The notes below the pieces were generated by a model. It was not told the DNA's origin. It was given only the letters and a program-made list of their open reading frames with translations, and did not search any database. This document shows, piece after piece, positions 50,682 through 60,415 of a DNA stretch of 64,000 bases; the stretch's first letter is position 1; every line of letters begins with the position of its first letter. The stretch lies in contig CAVYTU010000009.1 of NCBI GenBank assembly GCA_963771465.1, positions 1-64,000 on the forward strand, read 5' to 3'. The DNA comes from an uncultured delta proteobacterium. Its GTDB lineage: Bacteria > Desulfobacterota > Binatia > UBA9968. A program made the position numbers and the translations under genes.

Positions 50682-51500
50682 TTACTTCTTGTCGAGCTTC
50701 ATGGATTCGGAAACCGGGCGCAATTTCTTTTGCACGAACTGTTCCAAACCCGGCCGTCCGCCCTGCTCGCGGACGATTCGTTGGGAGATGAAATTAGAAA
50801 TCGCCAAGCTCGCCTCTGGCGCGGTGCAAGTGCTCAGATGCCATGCCTCTTTGACCGCTTTGAGCGCCAGCGGACTCTTTTCGGCGAGGCAGCTGGCAAA
50901 CTCGTTAACTTCACTGTCGAGTTGGGCGCGGGGAACCGCTTTGGATATCAAGCCGATGCGCTCCGCCTCCTGGGCCGACATCACCTTTCCAGACAACGCA
51001 TAATAAAGTCCGTGTTTGGCTTGCAGATAGTTGGCGAGGATCGGTGTCGTCTCGCCGGCGGGAAAATGGCCGAAGTTCACCTCCGGCAAGCCGAACTTGG
51101 CGTCATCGGAGGCAATCGCGACGTCGCAGCCGACGGTAACCGTCAGCGCGCCGCCCAGACACCAGCCGGTGATGCGGGCGATGATCGGCTGGGGCAAGGT
51201 GTGTAATAGTTCGGTGCGCCACTTGCGCACTTTTTCCCGGATGTCGTCCTTCACCCACTCAGGTTGCGACTCCATTTCCAAGCCGTACTGCTTCAAATCT
51301 TGACCGGCACAAAAGTTATCGCCCGCGCCTGTGAGAATGATAACCCGCGTCTCTTTGTCGTAACGAATTTCCGTCAGCAGTTGATACATCTCGCGATGCA
51401 GTTGCGGGCTCATGGCGTTGCGTTTTTCCGGACGGTTGAACATGACCGTCGTGATTCCCGCACTCTTCGATACCAATAAAGTTTGATAGTTCTCCGTCAT
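50682..51500 (-). CDS. Enoyl-CoA hydratase family, hydroxycinnamoyl-CoA hydratase-lyase-like
   Basis: NRPEKRNAMSP.L.REM, AG.DLK.Y, GWCLGG, FGLPEVNFG. Confidence 0.88.
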   Translation of the reverse strand: MTENYQTLLVSKSAGITTVMFNRPEKRNAMSPQLHREMYQLLTEIRYDKETRVIILTGAGDNFCAGQDLKQYGLEMESQPEWVKDDIREKVRKWRTELLHTLPQPIIARITGWCLGGALTVTVGCDVAIASDDAKFGLPEVNFGHFPAGETTPILANYLQAKHGLYYALSGKVMSAQEAERIGLISKAVPRAQLDSEVNEFASCLAEKSPLALKAVKEAWHLSTCTAPEASLAISNFISQRIVREQGGRPGLEQFVQKKLRPVSESMKLDKK

Positions 51501-51595
51501 GTTTCCTCCTCATGGCAGCTGTATTTTTAAAACTCATTGAAGCGACAATCACCGTCGGCTAGGCTCCGAGCGCTTGCACAAATCAGGAGGCTGCC

Positions 51596-52622
51596 GTGAA
51601 GATTTTTACCTTGGCTCATTTGCTCGCATTGCTCGCAGCGACGCAACTCAACGCACAAACGTCTTTCTTCGAAGGCAAAACCATCCGCATCATCGTCGAC
51701 TGCCGGCAGGCGACGCCTACGACATTTACGCACGTCTATTGGCAACTTACATGGGCAAGCATATTCCTGGCAATCCCAATATCATGGTTCAGAATATGCC
51801 CGGTGCGTCGAGCATGATCGCGGCGAACTACGTCTACAACGTCGCCAAGCCCGACGGGCTCACGCTCGGCTCCACCCTGCCCTCGCTGTATTTCGACCAG
51901 CTGCTTGGACGCAAGGAAGTGAAATTCGATTGGCGCAAATTTACCTGGCTGGAAAGCCTTGAGACCTCGAACAACTTGATCTACATGCGCAGCGATACGC
52001 CATTCAAAACCATTCACGATGTCACCAAAGCGACGGAGCCGCCCAAGTGCGGTTCCACCGGCACCGGATCACCGTCGTATTTCATGGTCAAGCTGCTCAA
52101 CGAAGCGATCGGCGCCAAATTCACCGTCGTCACCGGATATCAGGGCGGTCAGGAAATCGACCTCGCGGTGGAGAAAAACGAAGTCGTCTGCCGGGGCTTT
52201 ACGGTGACGACGTTTTTTGCACGCGAACCGTTTCACACCTGGCGCAAGAAGAACTTCGTTAGGGTGTTGGTGCAGACCGGTAAGAAGCGCGATGCGCGCC
52301 TTGCCGACGTGCCGACGATCATCGAATTGATGGACGAATATAAAACCCCCGAGACGACACGCAAGCTGGCAACTCTAGCCTTGGCTTCCGGTGAGTTCGG
52401 CCGGCCGATTGTCGCGACCCCGGGTATCCCGGCCGAGCGCGCAAGAATGCTGCGCGACGTTACACGAAAACGTTGAAAGATCCCGAGCTGCTCGCTGAGG
52501 CGAAAAAGAAACTCTTGGAGATCGATCCGACCGGCGGCCAAGAACTTGAGGCATTGGCGAAGGATGTGCTGTCAGCCAACAAGGAATTGGTCGACCGCCT
52601 ACAGCAACTGCTCAACAAATAA
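51596..52622 (+). CDS. Tripartite tricarboxylate transporter substrate-binding protein (TctC/Bug-like), frameshifted
   Basis: FFEGKTIRIIV, YD.YARL, NMPGA, AKPDGLT, GY.G, DVPT; two frameshifts. Confidence 0.88.
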
Positions 52623-52629
52623 TCATTCG

Positions 52630-53877
52630 CTAGTTATGAATACTACGCCCAACGGTTTCTCTGACACCAAAGGCGAGTAAACCGGCGGTTGCCAATGCAA
52701 ACAGGCCGGCCATCACGAATGCCAAACCATAACCACCTTGTTCGGCGACAAAGCCGAATAGCGCTGGGCTGATCAATCCCCCGACCTCGCCGATCATGCG
52801 CCAGAAGCCAAAGAAACGGCCGCGGGCGTTAGCCGGCGCCATATCGGTGCCGAGCACCTGCATGCTGCCGGAGGTAACCGAATGGCTGCCATGGATCCAC
52901 AGGAAGCCGGCGAAGAAAAGCGCCAGACCCCACTGCCACTGAGCGCTCGCGGCAAGAAAGAAAAACCCAAGAGCCATGAAAAGAAATCCCGGCACCATCG
53001 TGGTCTTACGGCCGTAACGGTCCATCAGATAGCCGCAGCAAAGCGTGATCGGGATGCCAACCACGCTGCTGGTGGTCGCCAATCCGCCCAATCCCTTGGC
53101 GCCGAGGTCGTACGCGAAGGTGGCGTAAAGCAGCAAAGTTCCGCCCCACAATATACCGCGCGTCATCGACGCGAATAACTGGGCTGCGAAAAATCCGCGG
53201 TAACGGATATTGAACATCAGCACCAGCAAATCGCGGGTGCTCAACACCTCCTCGGCTTTTTTATCGGCGCGGCGATCGAGGCCGGGAGCGGTTTCGCGCA
53301 ACAAAAATAAACTCGGCACGATTGCCAGCACCGACAAGGCAGCGTGAACGAAAAATGGCACTCGGATACTCGAGGTTGCGAGAATGCCGCCGAGAGCGGG
53401 ACCGATGAGTCGGCCGGAACTTTCAGTACCGACCATGCCGGTGATTTGCCGTCCACGCTGGCGCTCTTTGCCGACATCGGCGACCATCGCTAGACGAGCC
53501 TGACGCCACATCTCCATCGCTGCGCCGCCGATAAAGCGATACACCAATAGTTGCGCGAAGGAGCCGGCCACGCCGGTGAGAGCTGAGGCGAGCGCCATGA
53601 GCAGCGGAGCGGCGATAAGAATCGCTCGCCGGCCAAAATGATCGATGAAAAAGCCGCAGGGCACTGCCGCCACCAATCCCCCAAAGGCATGCATGACGAT
53701 CACGAGGGACGCAACGGCAAAACCGGTCTCGAAAGATTTCGCGAATACTGGGATCGCCGGCGTCGCAATGCTGGCGCCCAAGGCGAAGACGAATGCAGGG
53801 AAATAGAGGGTTAAAAATTGATCGCGGGAAAAAATCCCGCCGCTGTCGCGTTTGTTCGCAATTGCGCCTTTATCCAT
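52630..53877 (-). CDS. MFS transporter
   Basis: About 12 TM helices; G.FID.FGRR and GYLMDRYGRK motif A repeats. Confidence 0.92.
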   Translation of the reverse strand: MDKGAIANKRDSGGIFSRDQFLTLYFPAFVFALGASIATPAIPVFAKSFETGFAVASLVIVMHAFGGLVAAVPCGFFIDHFGRRAILIAAPLLMALASALTGVAGSFAQLLVYRFIGGAAMEMWRQARLAMVADVGKERQRGRQITGMVGTESSGRLIGPALGGILATSSIRVPFFVHAALSVLAIVPSLFLLRETAPGLDRRADKKAEEVLSTRDLLVLMFNIRYRGFFAAQLFASMTRGILWGGTLLLYATFAYDLGAKGLGGLATTSSVVGIPITLCCGYLMDRYGRKTTMVPGFLFMALGFFFLAASAQWQWGLALFFAGFLWIHGSHSVTSGSMQVLGTDMAPANARGRFFGFWRMIGEVGGLISPALFGFVAEQGGYGLAFVMAGLFALATAGLLAFGVRETVGRSIHN

Positions 53878-54076
53878 TCTGAAACGGCCTACTTCTTCCC
53901 GGTAGCCGTTCGATGAACCGAGTACGGGAAAGTTGCGCGACGCGCGAGTTTTACTTGCCTGCGCCGAGATGTTGCCTATGTCACGGTATAATCGGATCGA
54001 GACCGGGCGTCAATTGTGCAGCCGTGTTGCACCGATGAGTTGCATGGCGAATTAATTTCCGATACAGAACGCTGCC

Positions 54077-54544
54077 ATGGCATCACGTTACACTCATTCC
54101 AAAGTGCTTCGCACCATCGGCCAAGAGCTCGAAAAACGCGGCATCGATTTGTTCGAGCTTAGTTGCCGGCGGGCTCACTACACGATTGAATACAGCGATC
54201 CCAAACCGCCGCATACCCGATTGCTAGATATCTCTTTGTCCGCGGAAGAGATCCGATCGTTGGATCTCGACGCCGCGCGCCAGCGTAGTGGCTCGTTTAA
54301 GCTGGTGAACTTTGAACGCCTGCCGGAGATGCTTCGCGCTCTAGGCCGATACGTCGAAAGCAAAGACGGCGAAATCTTAAAAATTTCGACGTCGGCCTTC
54401 ACTCCGGCACGGGATGCCATGCGGCTGGAATATGAAGAGCGCGATGGCCGCATTCAGGCTGAAGAGTTAACCACTGCAGCTATCACCGATATCGCGATGC
54501 GCATGTATCGCATCCGCCTGAATAGTCAAACACAGCGTGACTAG
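54077..54544 (+). CDS. Hypothetical protein, internally duplicated LRxxG family (paralog C)
   Basis: LRTIGQELE..IDLFEL, DP.PP, LPEMLRALGRY, LEY..RDG, MY..R. Confidence 0.8.
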   Translation: MASRYTHSKVLRTIGQELEKRGIDLFELSCRRAHYTIEYSDPKPPHTRLLDISLSAEEIRSLDLDAARQRSGSFKLVNFERLPEMLRALGRYVESKDGEILKISTSAFTPARDAMRLEYEERDGRIQAEELTTAAITDIAMRMYRIRLNSQTQRD

Positions 54545-54581
54545 CGTATTTGCTCGAACTTCGTCGCGTACCAACTTCATT

Positions 54582-55103
54582 TCAACTCCGCTCCGCCATG
54601 CTTCCGTCGAGAAAGCGCCAATTACTAAATGTTGCCGCTTGACCGCAAGGCGCGCTATTTTCATCGAGAAGGTTCCAGACCGTGGCCTTTTCGATCATGA
54701 AGCGTCGCCCGCTCTTGGAAACGCGCACGCCGCGATAGTCGTCGATAAATCCCTGCCGGGCGACCGACGCGAGCAAACGCTCGCGTTCATCTCGCTCCGC
54801 CGCTGCCGCGGTGAGGCGCGACGGGGTCGCCGTCAATTCGCCCCAACTCAATTCGAAGAGTTGCATCCCCATAAGATTAGAATAATTCAGGAGCGGGTCC
54901 CGCGCGCCGTCGTGCGACAACAGAGCGAAAGGCGCATGAAATAATTGCCGGGCTTGCTCGGTCGCAGGCGAATCGGGGGCGATTAAGTCGCGCCCGGTCC
55001 AGTGGCGCAAACTCACGACCAGACGTGCGACATGGGGCGCAAGAAAATCATTCGCCTCGCATGGCATTGCTGGATTGCGCTGAATTGTTCCATCTGCCGA
55101 CAT
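54582..55103 (-). CDS. Stand-alone MEKHLA domain protein
   Basis: S..HWTGR.L, APF.LLSH, DP.LNY.N, PSRL.A, Y.GVR.S..G.RF.I, GQAA.F..W. Confidence 0.9.
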   Translation of the reverse strand: MSADGTIQRNPAMPCEANDFLAPHVARLVVSLRHWTGRDLIAPDSPATEQARQLFHAPFALLSHDGARDPLLNYSNLMGMQLFELSWGELTATPSRLTAAAAERDERERLLASVARQGFIDDYRGVRVSKSGRRFMIEKATVWNLLDENSAPCGQAATFSNWRFLDGSMAERS

Positions 55104-55315
55104 GACCGGCGGCGATTGTAGTGTTCACGCATGCGTGACGCAAGGGAGCGCCTGACGATCGCAGATCCGACATTGGGCTCAATGAGTGGGACGCGGGCCT
55201 GGGAATAGGATGGTGGAGATAAACGATCGCGAAGTATCGGATGGAAAGGGAAAATGATCTCGCAGTGCCGAGAACGCCGTCGGCGACATGGAGCGCGTTG
55301 AGCGCGCCAGGTGCC

Positions 55316-55519
55316 TCAGTCAACCTTGAGCAAATCCGGCTTAATCTCGATTGCCGGAGTTGCCGTGGCTGATTGGCGGGAGCTTACACCTAGTTTGCGA
55401 CGCTGGCCGTTCTCTTGGGCTTTGACGGCATTTAGGCGCTCACGGAACCAGGTCTTCTCCGGCCATTGCCAGTTCTGATCGGCCTCTGAGAAATTGTTAG
55501 GCAGCTTGGAACCCATCAT
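55316..55519 (-). CDS. Small hypothetical protein
   Basis: 67 aa with WQWPE..W; a sigma54 motif lies immediately upstream. Confidence 0.45.
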   Translation of the reverse strand: MMGSKLPNNFSEADQNWQWPEKTWFRERLNAVKAQENGQRRKLGVSSRQSATATPAIEIKPDLLKVD

Positions 55520-55532
55520 GAGTAAATCTGAG

Positions 55533-55548
55533 AGCAAGGGTCGTACCA
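55533..55548 (-). promoter_or_regulatory. Sigma54 promoter
   Basis: Minus strand TGGTACGACCCTTGCT. Confidence 0.55.
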
Positions 55549-55844
55549 GCCGTAACTAGTCAACATATCGACGTTGTAACCCATAGAGCCATTCAACATG
55601 CGCACAAAATTCGCCAACCCTGGCCATAAACTGATGTACACCGGGAGTTTGGAACCCGAGCAAAGCATCGATAAAATAAGTTCACTTCACGAGCGGCGCG
55701 GCATCGACGTGCATGGAGATTCTACTTGCACCCAGTGCGGCAGACACTCTCCCCCCGGTCATCCTTTGATGCGGCGCGCGCGACAAAAACGCCAAGGATT
55801 ACCAGCCCGTACTTTCATGCAGATTGATAACTAGTGGCTAAACT

Positions 55845-57077
55845 CTATCTTGGGGGCGATCTTAATCTGCGCCGTGTGAGGAACTTTACCCGCTGGCCTT
55901 GGCGCAATTCGACCAATGAATAATGAGTGCCGCGCCAGTCGATGCCACCGTTCTTGACGCACTTGCGGCCGGCGTGTAGCAACATGGCGGCGATAATGAT
56001 TAGACCGGCCGGGAAGAACAGCGTGTTCAAGACATCCCTCGCCCCTTCCGATTTGCCATGGATTGAAAAAGCGATGAGCATGATGAGAGCACCGACGCCG
56101 CTAATTAGCAGAATAACGTTTTTTTGCACTAGGCCTAGGCTGATGGCGAGGAGCGGCGCCATGACGAAACTAGCGAGAGCGCCAACCTCGATCAGGAGCA
56201 GCCACCAACGATAGTTAGCGGTTGGGCCATAGAGATTTTTTTCGAGACCCTTGAACATCGCCGCGAGCGTAGCGTACCAGCGGACACTCAGCTCGTCACG
56301 AGCCAGCGCCAGGCGCGAGCAGCCGCCGACCTGGTAAATCATCAAGCCTAAACCGACGTCATCCACCGGTTCGAGTCTCAACCACGCGAAGCCACGAGTG
56401 CGGCGCCAGGTTTCTGCCTTGACTAAGTTGAAAGCGCCGATGCCAACAAAAGCCTTACTTCCCTGCCGGTTCAGATTGGCGCTACCCGTGCCGAGGATGA
56501 ACAAAAGGCTAAACGCGCGCACGGCCACGTCGAGCCAAAAGCCAGATTGAATCGTGCGCGGAATCAATGCCAAGTGATCGCAACGTTGATCCAGCGCGAA
56601 CGCCATGGCCCGACGCAGGATGGCCGGAGCGAAGTGCACGTCGGCGTCGGTGAACAATATCCACTCGCCGTGGGCGCGCGCGACGCCTTGATCAAGCGCA
56701 TGCACTTTGCCGAGCCAGCCGGGGGGCAGAGTCTTGATGTGACGCGCCTTAACTCTGCTGTCACCATCGGCAAGCCGATCGATGATCGCGGCGGTCGCAT
56801 CTGTCGAGCGATCGTCGAGCAAAATAATTTCTAGATCGGGATAATCTTGGGCGATGAGGGTTTTCGCCGCCGACTCAATATGTTCTGCTTCGTTGCATGC
56901 TGGAACGACGACAGTTAGTTTGGGCCAGCGCACCGGCAATACGACATTTTGCCGCGCCAACTCGGGAATCCGTTTCATGGCCCAAAAGAGATAGGCGAAG
57001 ATGACCACCCACAGGGCGCCCAACAACAGCAGCGAAACGAATGCAAACGTTTCCATCAGGCGTTGATCATGAATCAA
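55845..57077 (-). CDS. Membrane glycosyltransferase family 2 (HpnB/CrtQ-like)
   Basis: PACNE, QDYP, DDRSTD, LPPGWLGKVHAL, FTDADV, DD..LG, I.WRG. Confidence 0.88.
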   Translation of the reverse strand: MIHDQRLMETFAFVSLLLLGALWVVIFAYLFWAMKRIPELARQNVVLPVRWPKLTVVVPACNEAEHIESAAKTLIAQDYPDLEIILLDDRSTDATAAIIDRLADGDSRVKARHIKTLPPGWLGKVHALDQGVARAHGEWILFTDADVHFAPAILRRAMAFALDQRCDHLALIPRTIQSGFWLDVAVRAFSLLFILGTGSANLNRQGSKAFVGIGAFNLVKAETWRRTRGFAWLRLEPVDDVGLGLMIYQVGGCSRLALARDELSVRWYATLAAMFKGLEKNLYGPTANYRWWLLLIEVGALASFVMAPLLAISLGLVQKNVILLISGVGALIMLIAFSIHGKSEGARDVLNTLFFPAGLIIIAAMLLHAGRKCVKNGGIDWRGTHYSLVELRQGQRVKFLTRRRLRSPPR

Positions 57078-57132
57078 ATTTCAGCCATGGAGAAATCGGC
57101 ATGAGGCAGAGATCGCTCGGTCAAACCCCGGC

Positions 57133-57762
57133 TTAGGAAAATCTTTGCCAATTGAGAAATAGCTTTTCGGCATAAAGCCGCTCGACATGCTCCCGAAGCG
57201 CAATTCCACGGCTGGTAAGATATTCGGCGATCGGTTTGAGCGGCATGCCCACAGCAGCCAAATAGTCGCCGGAAATCCTGGCAATCAGCTCGGCGCCTTG
57301 TCCCTGAATCGAATAACCGCCCGCCTTATCGAGGGATTCATTACAGTCAAGATAGTTGCCAATCTCGCGCTCCGTAGAGCGTCGCATATCGACGAGCACT
57401 CGTTCGACGATCCGTAATCCGGCACCGCCAGCGCCGTCGATCAGCGCCACAGCGGTAAAAATCTCGTGCCTCTTGCCGGAGAGAGCGACCAGCATGCGCT
57501 GGGCGTCGTTGCGATCGCGTGGCTTGCCGAGTTTTTCACTGCCAACAGCAATCATCGTGTCGCTGCCAATCACCAGCGCGTCCGGATGACTCCGCGCCAC
57601 CGACTCAGCCTTGCCGACGGCGAAATCGAGAACTTCGTCTGCGATCGAGAGATGCGGCGCGACCTGCTCCTCGAACGGCGGCACGATGATCTCGAAAGGC
57701 AAACCGAGCAACGCCAGTATCTCGCGGCGGCGCGGCGATGTTGAGGCGAGGATCAGACGCAT
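57133..57762 (-). CDS. maf: Maf-family nucleoside triphosphate pyrophosphatase
   Basis: ILAS.SPRR, KA, GSDT, LGKP, DKAGGY.IQG. Confidence 0.93.
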   Translation of the reverse strand: MRLILASTSPRRREILALLGLPFEIIVPPFEEQVAPHLSIADEVLDFAVGKAESVARSHPDALVIGSDTMIAVGSEKLGKPRDRNDAQRMLVALSGKRHEIFTAVALIDGAGGAGLRIVERVLVDMRRSTEREIGNYLDCNESLDKAGGYSIQGQGAELIARISGDYLAAVGMPLKPIAEYLTSRGIALREHVERLYAEKLFLNWQRFS

Positions 57763-57770
57763 GAAGTAGG

Positions 57771-58952
57771 TTAGGGCTGAAAACTGACGGAGGGCAATGG
57801 CGCCCCAGCAAGCCCGTCGCGCGCGTCGGCGGCGGTTAAATCAACGCGAGCGTCACGCCAAGCGAGATAATCGTCGAGACATTGAATCACGTCGGCGCAG
57901 TTGTTGACGCGCACCATTTTGGCGCGCAGCTCGGCCGCGCCGCGAAAATCGCGGCAATACCAGATCAAATGCTTGCGCATGCCGACGAAGTTGCGTTCTT
58001 GCACATAGGTTTCGAAATGACGCGCGTGCTCGACGATGACGCTGAAGCGCTCCGCCATGCTGATCGGCTCAATCGGCGCGGGCGGCGCGGACGCTAGCAA
58101 GGAACGCTTCAATTGATCTTTAACTTTGAATATCCATGGATTGCCTTCGGCCGCCCGGCCAAGCAAAACCCCATCGACGCCGCACTGACGCACTCGGCGA
58201 TAAACATCACCCATGTCACGGAGATCGCCATTGCCCAAGATGAGCGTTGGCTGTGCTTTGGCGATTTCGACCGCGCGCGCGATGGCATCCCAATCTGCGT
58301 CGCCTTTGTATCCTTGCTTGAGGGTGCGCCCATGAATGGAAATCGCCACCGGTTTTTCCTCGAGCAAGTTGGCAATCCAGTCTTCGATGACGATCTGATC
58401 GTAACCGATGCGGGTTTTCACTGACAACGGAATCGGGCGACGTACCGACGGCATCACCCAACCGCTGCGCTGTTGATTGGAAGCTTTAACTGTCTCACGA
58501 AGCTTCTGGCGCAAGCCCAACTGGTCGAGCGTCTGCCCCGCCACCCAATCGTCGATGCCCTGCCTTGTCTGCCGGATAATCTCGCGCGCCAATTCCGGCG
58601 TACGAATCAGTGCTGCCCCGCTACCCGAAGCGGCGACATTTTTTGCCGGGCAGCCCATGTTGATATCCAGACCATCGAACCCCAGCTCGCAGACCACGTG
58701 AGCGGCTTTGTAAAACAGTTCCGGCGTATGACCGTAGATCTGTGCGATGACTGGCCGTTCGATTTCTGAATAGGTGAAGTCGCGAATCAGCGTTTGCGGC
58801 GCATGAATGGCAGCGTCGACATTGGTAAATTCGGTGACCGTGATATCCGGTGCGCCATGTTTAGCCGCGATCCAGCGAAACGAAGCGTCGGTGACACCGT
58901 CCATCGGCGACAGGCCGATGATCGGTTTAGGTATGTCGTGCCAAAAACTCAT
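57771..58952 (-). CDS. tRNA-dihydrouridine synthase (DusB-like)
   Basis: PMDGVTD, DINMGCP, GAAL, SVKTRIG, HGRT, GNGD, GNPW.F. Confidence 0.93.
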   Translation of the reverse strand: MSFWHDIPKPIIGLSPMDGVTDASFRWIAAKHGAPDITVTEFTNVDAAIHAPQTLIRDFTYSEIERPVIAQIYGHTPELFYKAAHVVCELGFDGLDINMGCPAKNVAASGSGAALIRTPELAREIIRQTRQGIDDWVAGQTLDQLGLRQKLRETVKASNQQRSGWVMPSVRRPIPLSVKTRIGYDQIVIEDWIANLLEEKPVAISIHGRTLKQGYKGDADWDAIARAVEIAKAQPTLILGNGDLRDMGDVYRRVRQCGVDGVLLGRAAEGNPWIFKVKDQLKRSLLASAPPAPIEPISMAERFSVIVEHARHFETYVQERNFVGMRKHLIWYCRDFRGAAELRAKMVRVNNCADVIQCLDDYLAWRDARVDLTAADARDGLAGAPLPSVSFQP

Positions 58953-59072
58953 GGGTAACTCGCCGGCTCAGTTTGACATTGCCGGGAGTGAAAATCCACA
59001 CTGATGCCGGTGACAGAGAGTCGATTCAATTGCTTAAGCGAGATCGTGGGGTCAATGCCGATGCCGACATTC

Positions 59073-59354
59073 TTAGCGCCGCTTTAAAATATCTTCGAGG
59101 CTCTTTCTATCCTCTTCCAAGATTTTTTCGCGCGGCCGATTGGCCGGCGCAGGGTCGGCCTTCTCGCTCTTATTCAGTTGACGCGATGTTTTGGTCACCG
59201 CCTTGGATCTATCAGCCCCACCGCTAAACAGTCGCGTCAGTTCGAACCAGTAGAACCAAACCAGGAACGCGATAAACCAAATGAATATCGGGAGAAAAAT
59301 GTACAACAGCAAACCTCGAAGCCAGCTGCGTTTCTTCCGCCTCTTCTGCGCCAT
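59073..59354 (-). CDS. Small single-TM hypothetical protein
   Basis: Basic N-terminus, TM helix, tail EKILEEDRK.LEDIL. Confidence 0.7.
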   Translation of the reverse strand: MAQKRRKKRSWLRGLLLYIFLPIFIWFIAFLVWFYWFELTRLFSGGADRSKAVTKTSRQLNKSEKADPAPANRPREKILEEDRKSLEDILKRR

Positions 59355-59464
59355 GTGAACTTGACCGACCTCGGCCCCCACCTTCCTGCGCCAAAAAACC
59401 AGCCGGCCAAATCGCCGCGGAATCCAGCACTGACGGGATGAAATTCGTTGCCGTGTAAGATGAA

Positions 59465-60415
59465 TCAGTACATCGGTTTGTGATCGAAATAGTGCGTCGC
59501 GTCGATCACCCGGATGGTTTTAGTCTTGGAGCGCATGACCACCGATTGGGTCGTCGCGCCGCCGGCGAAAAAATGAACGCCGCGTAGATAATCGCCGTCG
59601 GTCACGCCGGTGGCGGAAAACATAACATCACCTGCGGCTAGCTCGTCGAGCTGGAATTTTTTCTTGATGTCCGCCACGCCCATTTTCTTCGCGCGCTCGA
59701 TCTCTTCGTTATTGCGCGGCGCCAGCCGGCCCTGGAATTCGCCGCCGACGCAGCGCATTGCGGCGGCGGCCAGCACGCCTTCGGGCGCGCCGCCGATACC
59801 GAGCAATAAGTCGATGCCGGTATCCGGCTTGGTGGTCGCGATCGCCGCCGACACGTCGCCGTCGCCGATCAAGCGAATGCGCGCGCCCGCTTTACGCACC
59901 TCGGCGATGAGCGAGTCATGGCGCGGGCGGGCAAGAATAATCACCATAAGATCTTCTACCTTGCAGCGCTTGGCTTCGGCCAAAGCGCGCAGATTTTCGG
60001 TCGGCGATTTGTCCAGATCGACGACGCCTTTGCCGGCCGGGCCGCAAGCGATCTTCGCCATATAGGTGTCGGGGCAGTGCAAGAGATTGCCACCGTCGGC
60101 CATGGCAAGAACCGCTAGCGCGTTGGGGCCGCCTGTGGCGCAGATCGTCGTGCCTTCCAGCGGATCGAGAGCGATGTCGACTTTAGGACCGCCGGAGCCG
60201 ACTTTCTCACCGATGTATAGCATCGGCGCCTCGTCGCGCTCGCCCTCGCCGATCACTACCGTACCGTCGATGGACAAAGCATCGAAGGCTTTACGCATGG
60301 CGTCCACCGCGGCTTGATCCGCCGCCTTTTCATCGCCGCAGCCGGTCAAGCGCGCGCAATTGAGCGCCGCCGCTTCGGTAACTCGCACCGCTTCCAGGGC
60401 TAGATTTCTGTCCAT
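59465..60415 (-). CDS. glpX: Class II fructose-1,6-bisphosphatase
   Basis: RVTEAAA, VIGEGERDEAPMLYIGE, DPLEGT, DGDV, ATGVTDG. Confidence 0.97.
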   Translation of the reverse strand: MDRNLALEAVRVTEAAALNCARLTGCGDEKAADQAAVDAMRKAFDALSIDGTVVIGEGERDEAPMLYIGEKVGSGGPKVDIALDPLEGTTICATGGPNALAVLAMADGGNLLHCPDTYMAKIACGPAGKGVVDLDKSPTENLRALAEAKRCKVEDLMVIILARPRHDSLIAEVRKAGARIRLIGDGDVSAAIATTKPDTGIDLLLGIGGAPEGVLAAAAMRCVGGEFQGRLAPRNNEEIERAKKMGVADIKKKFQLDELAAGDVMFSATGVTDGDYLRGVHFFAGGATTQSVVMRSKTKTIRVIDATHYFDHKPMY

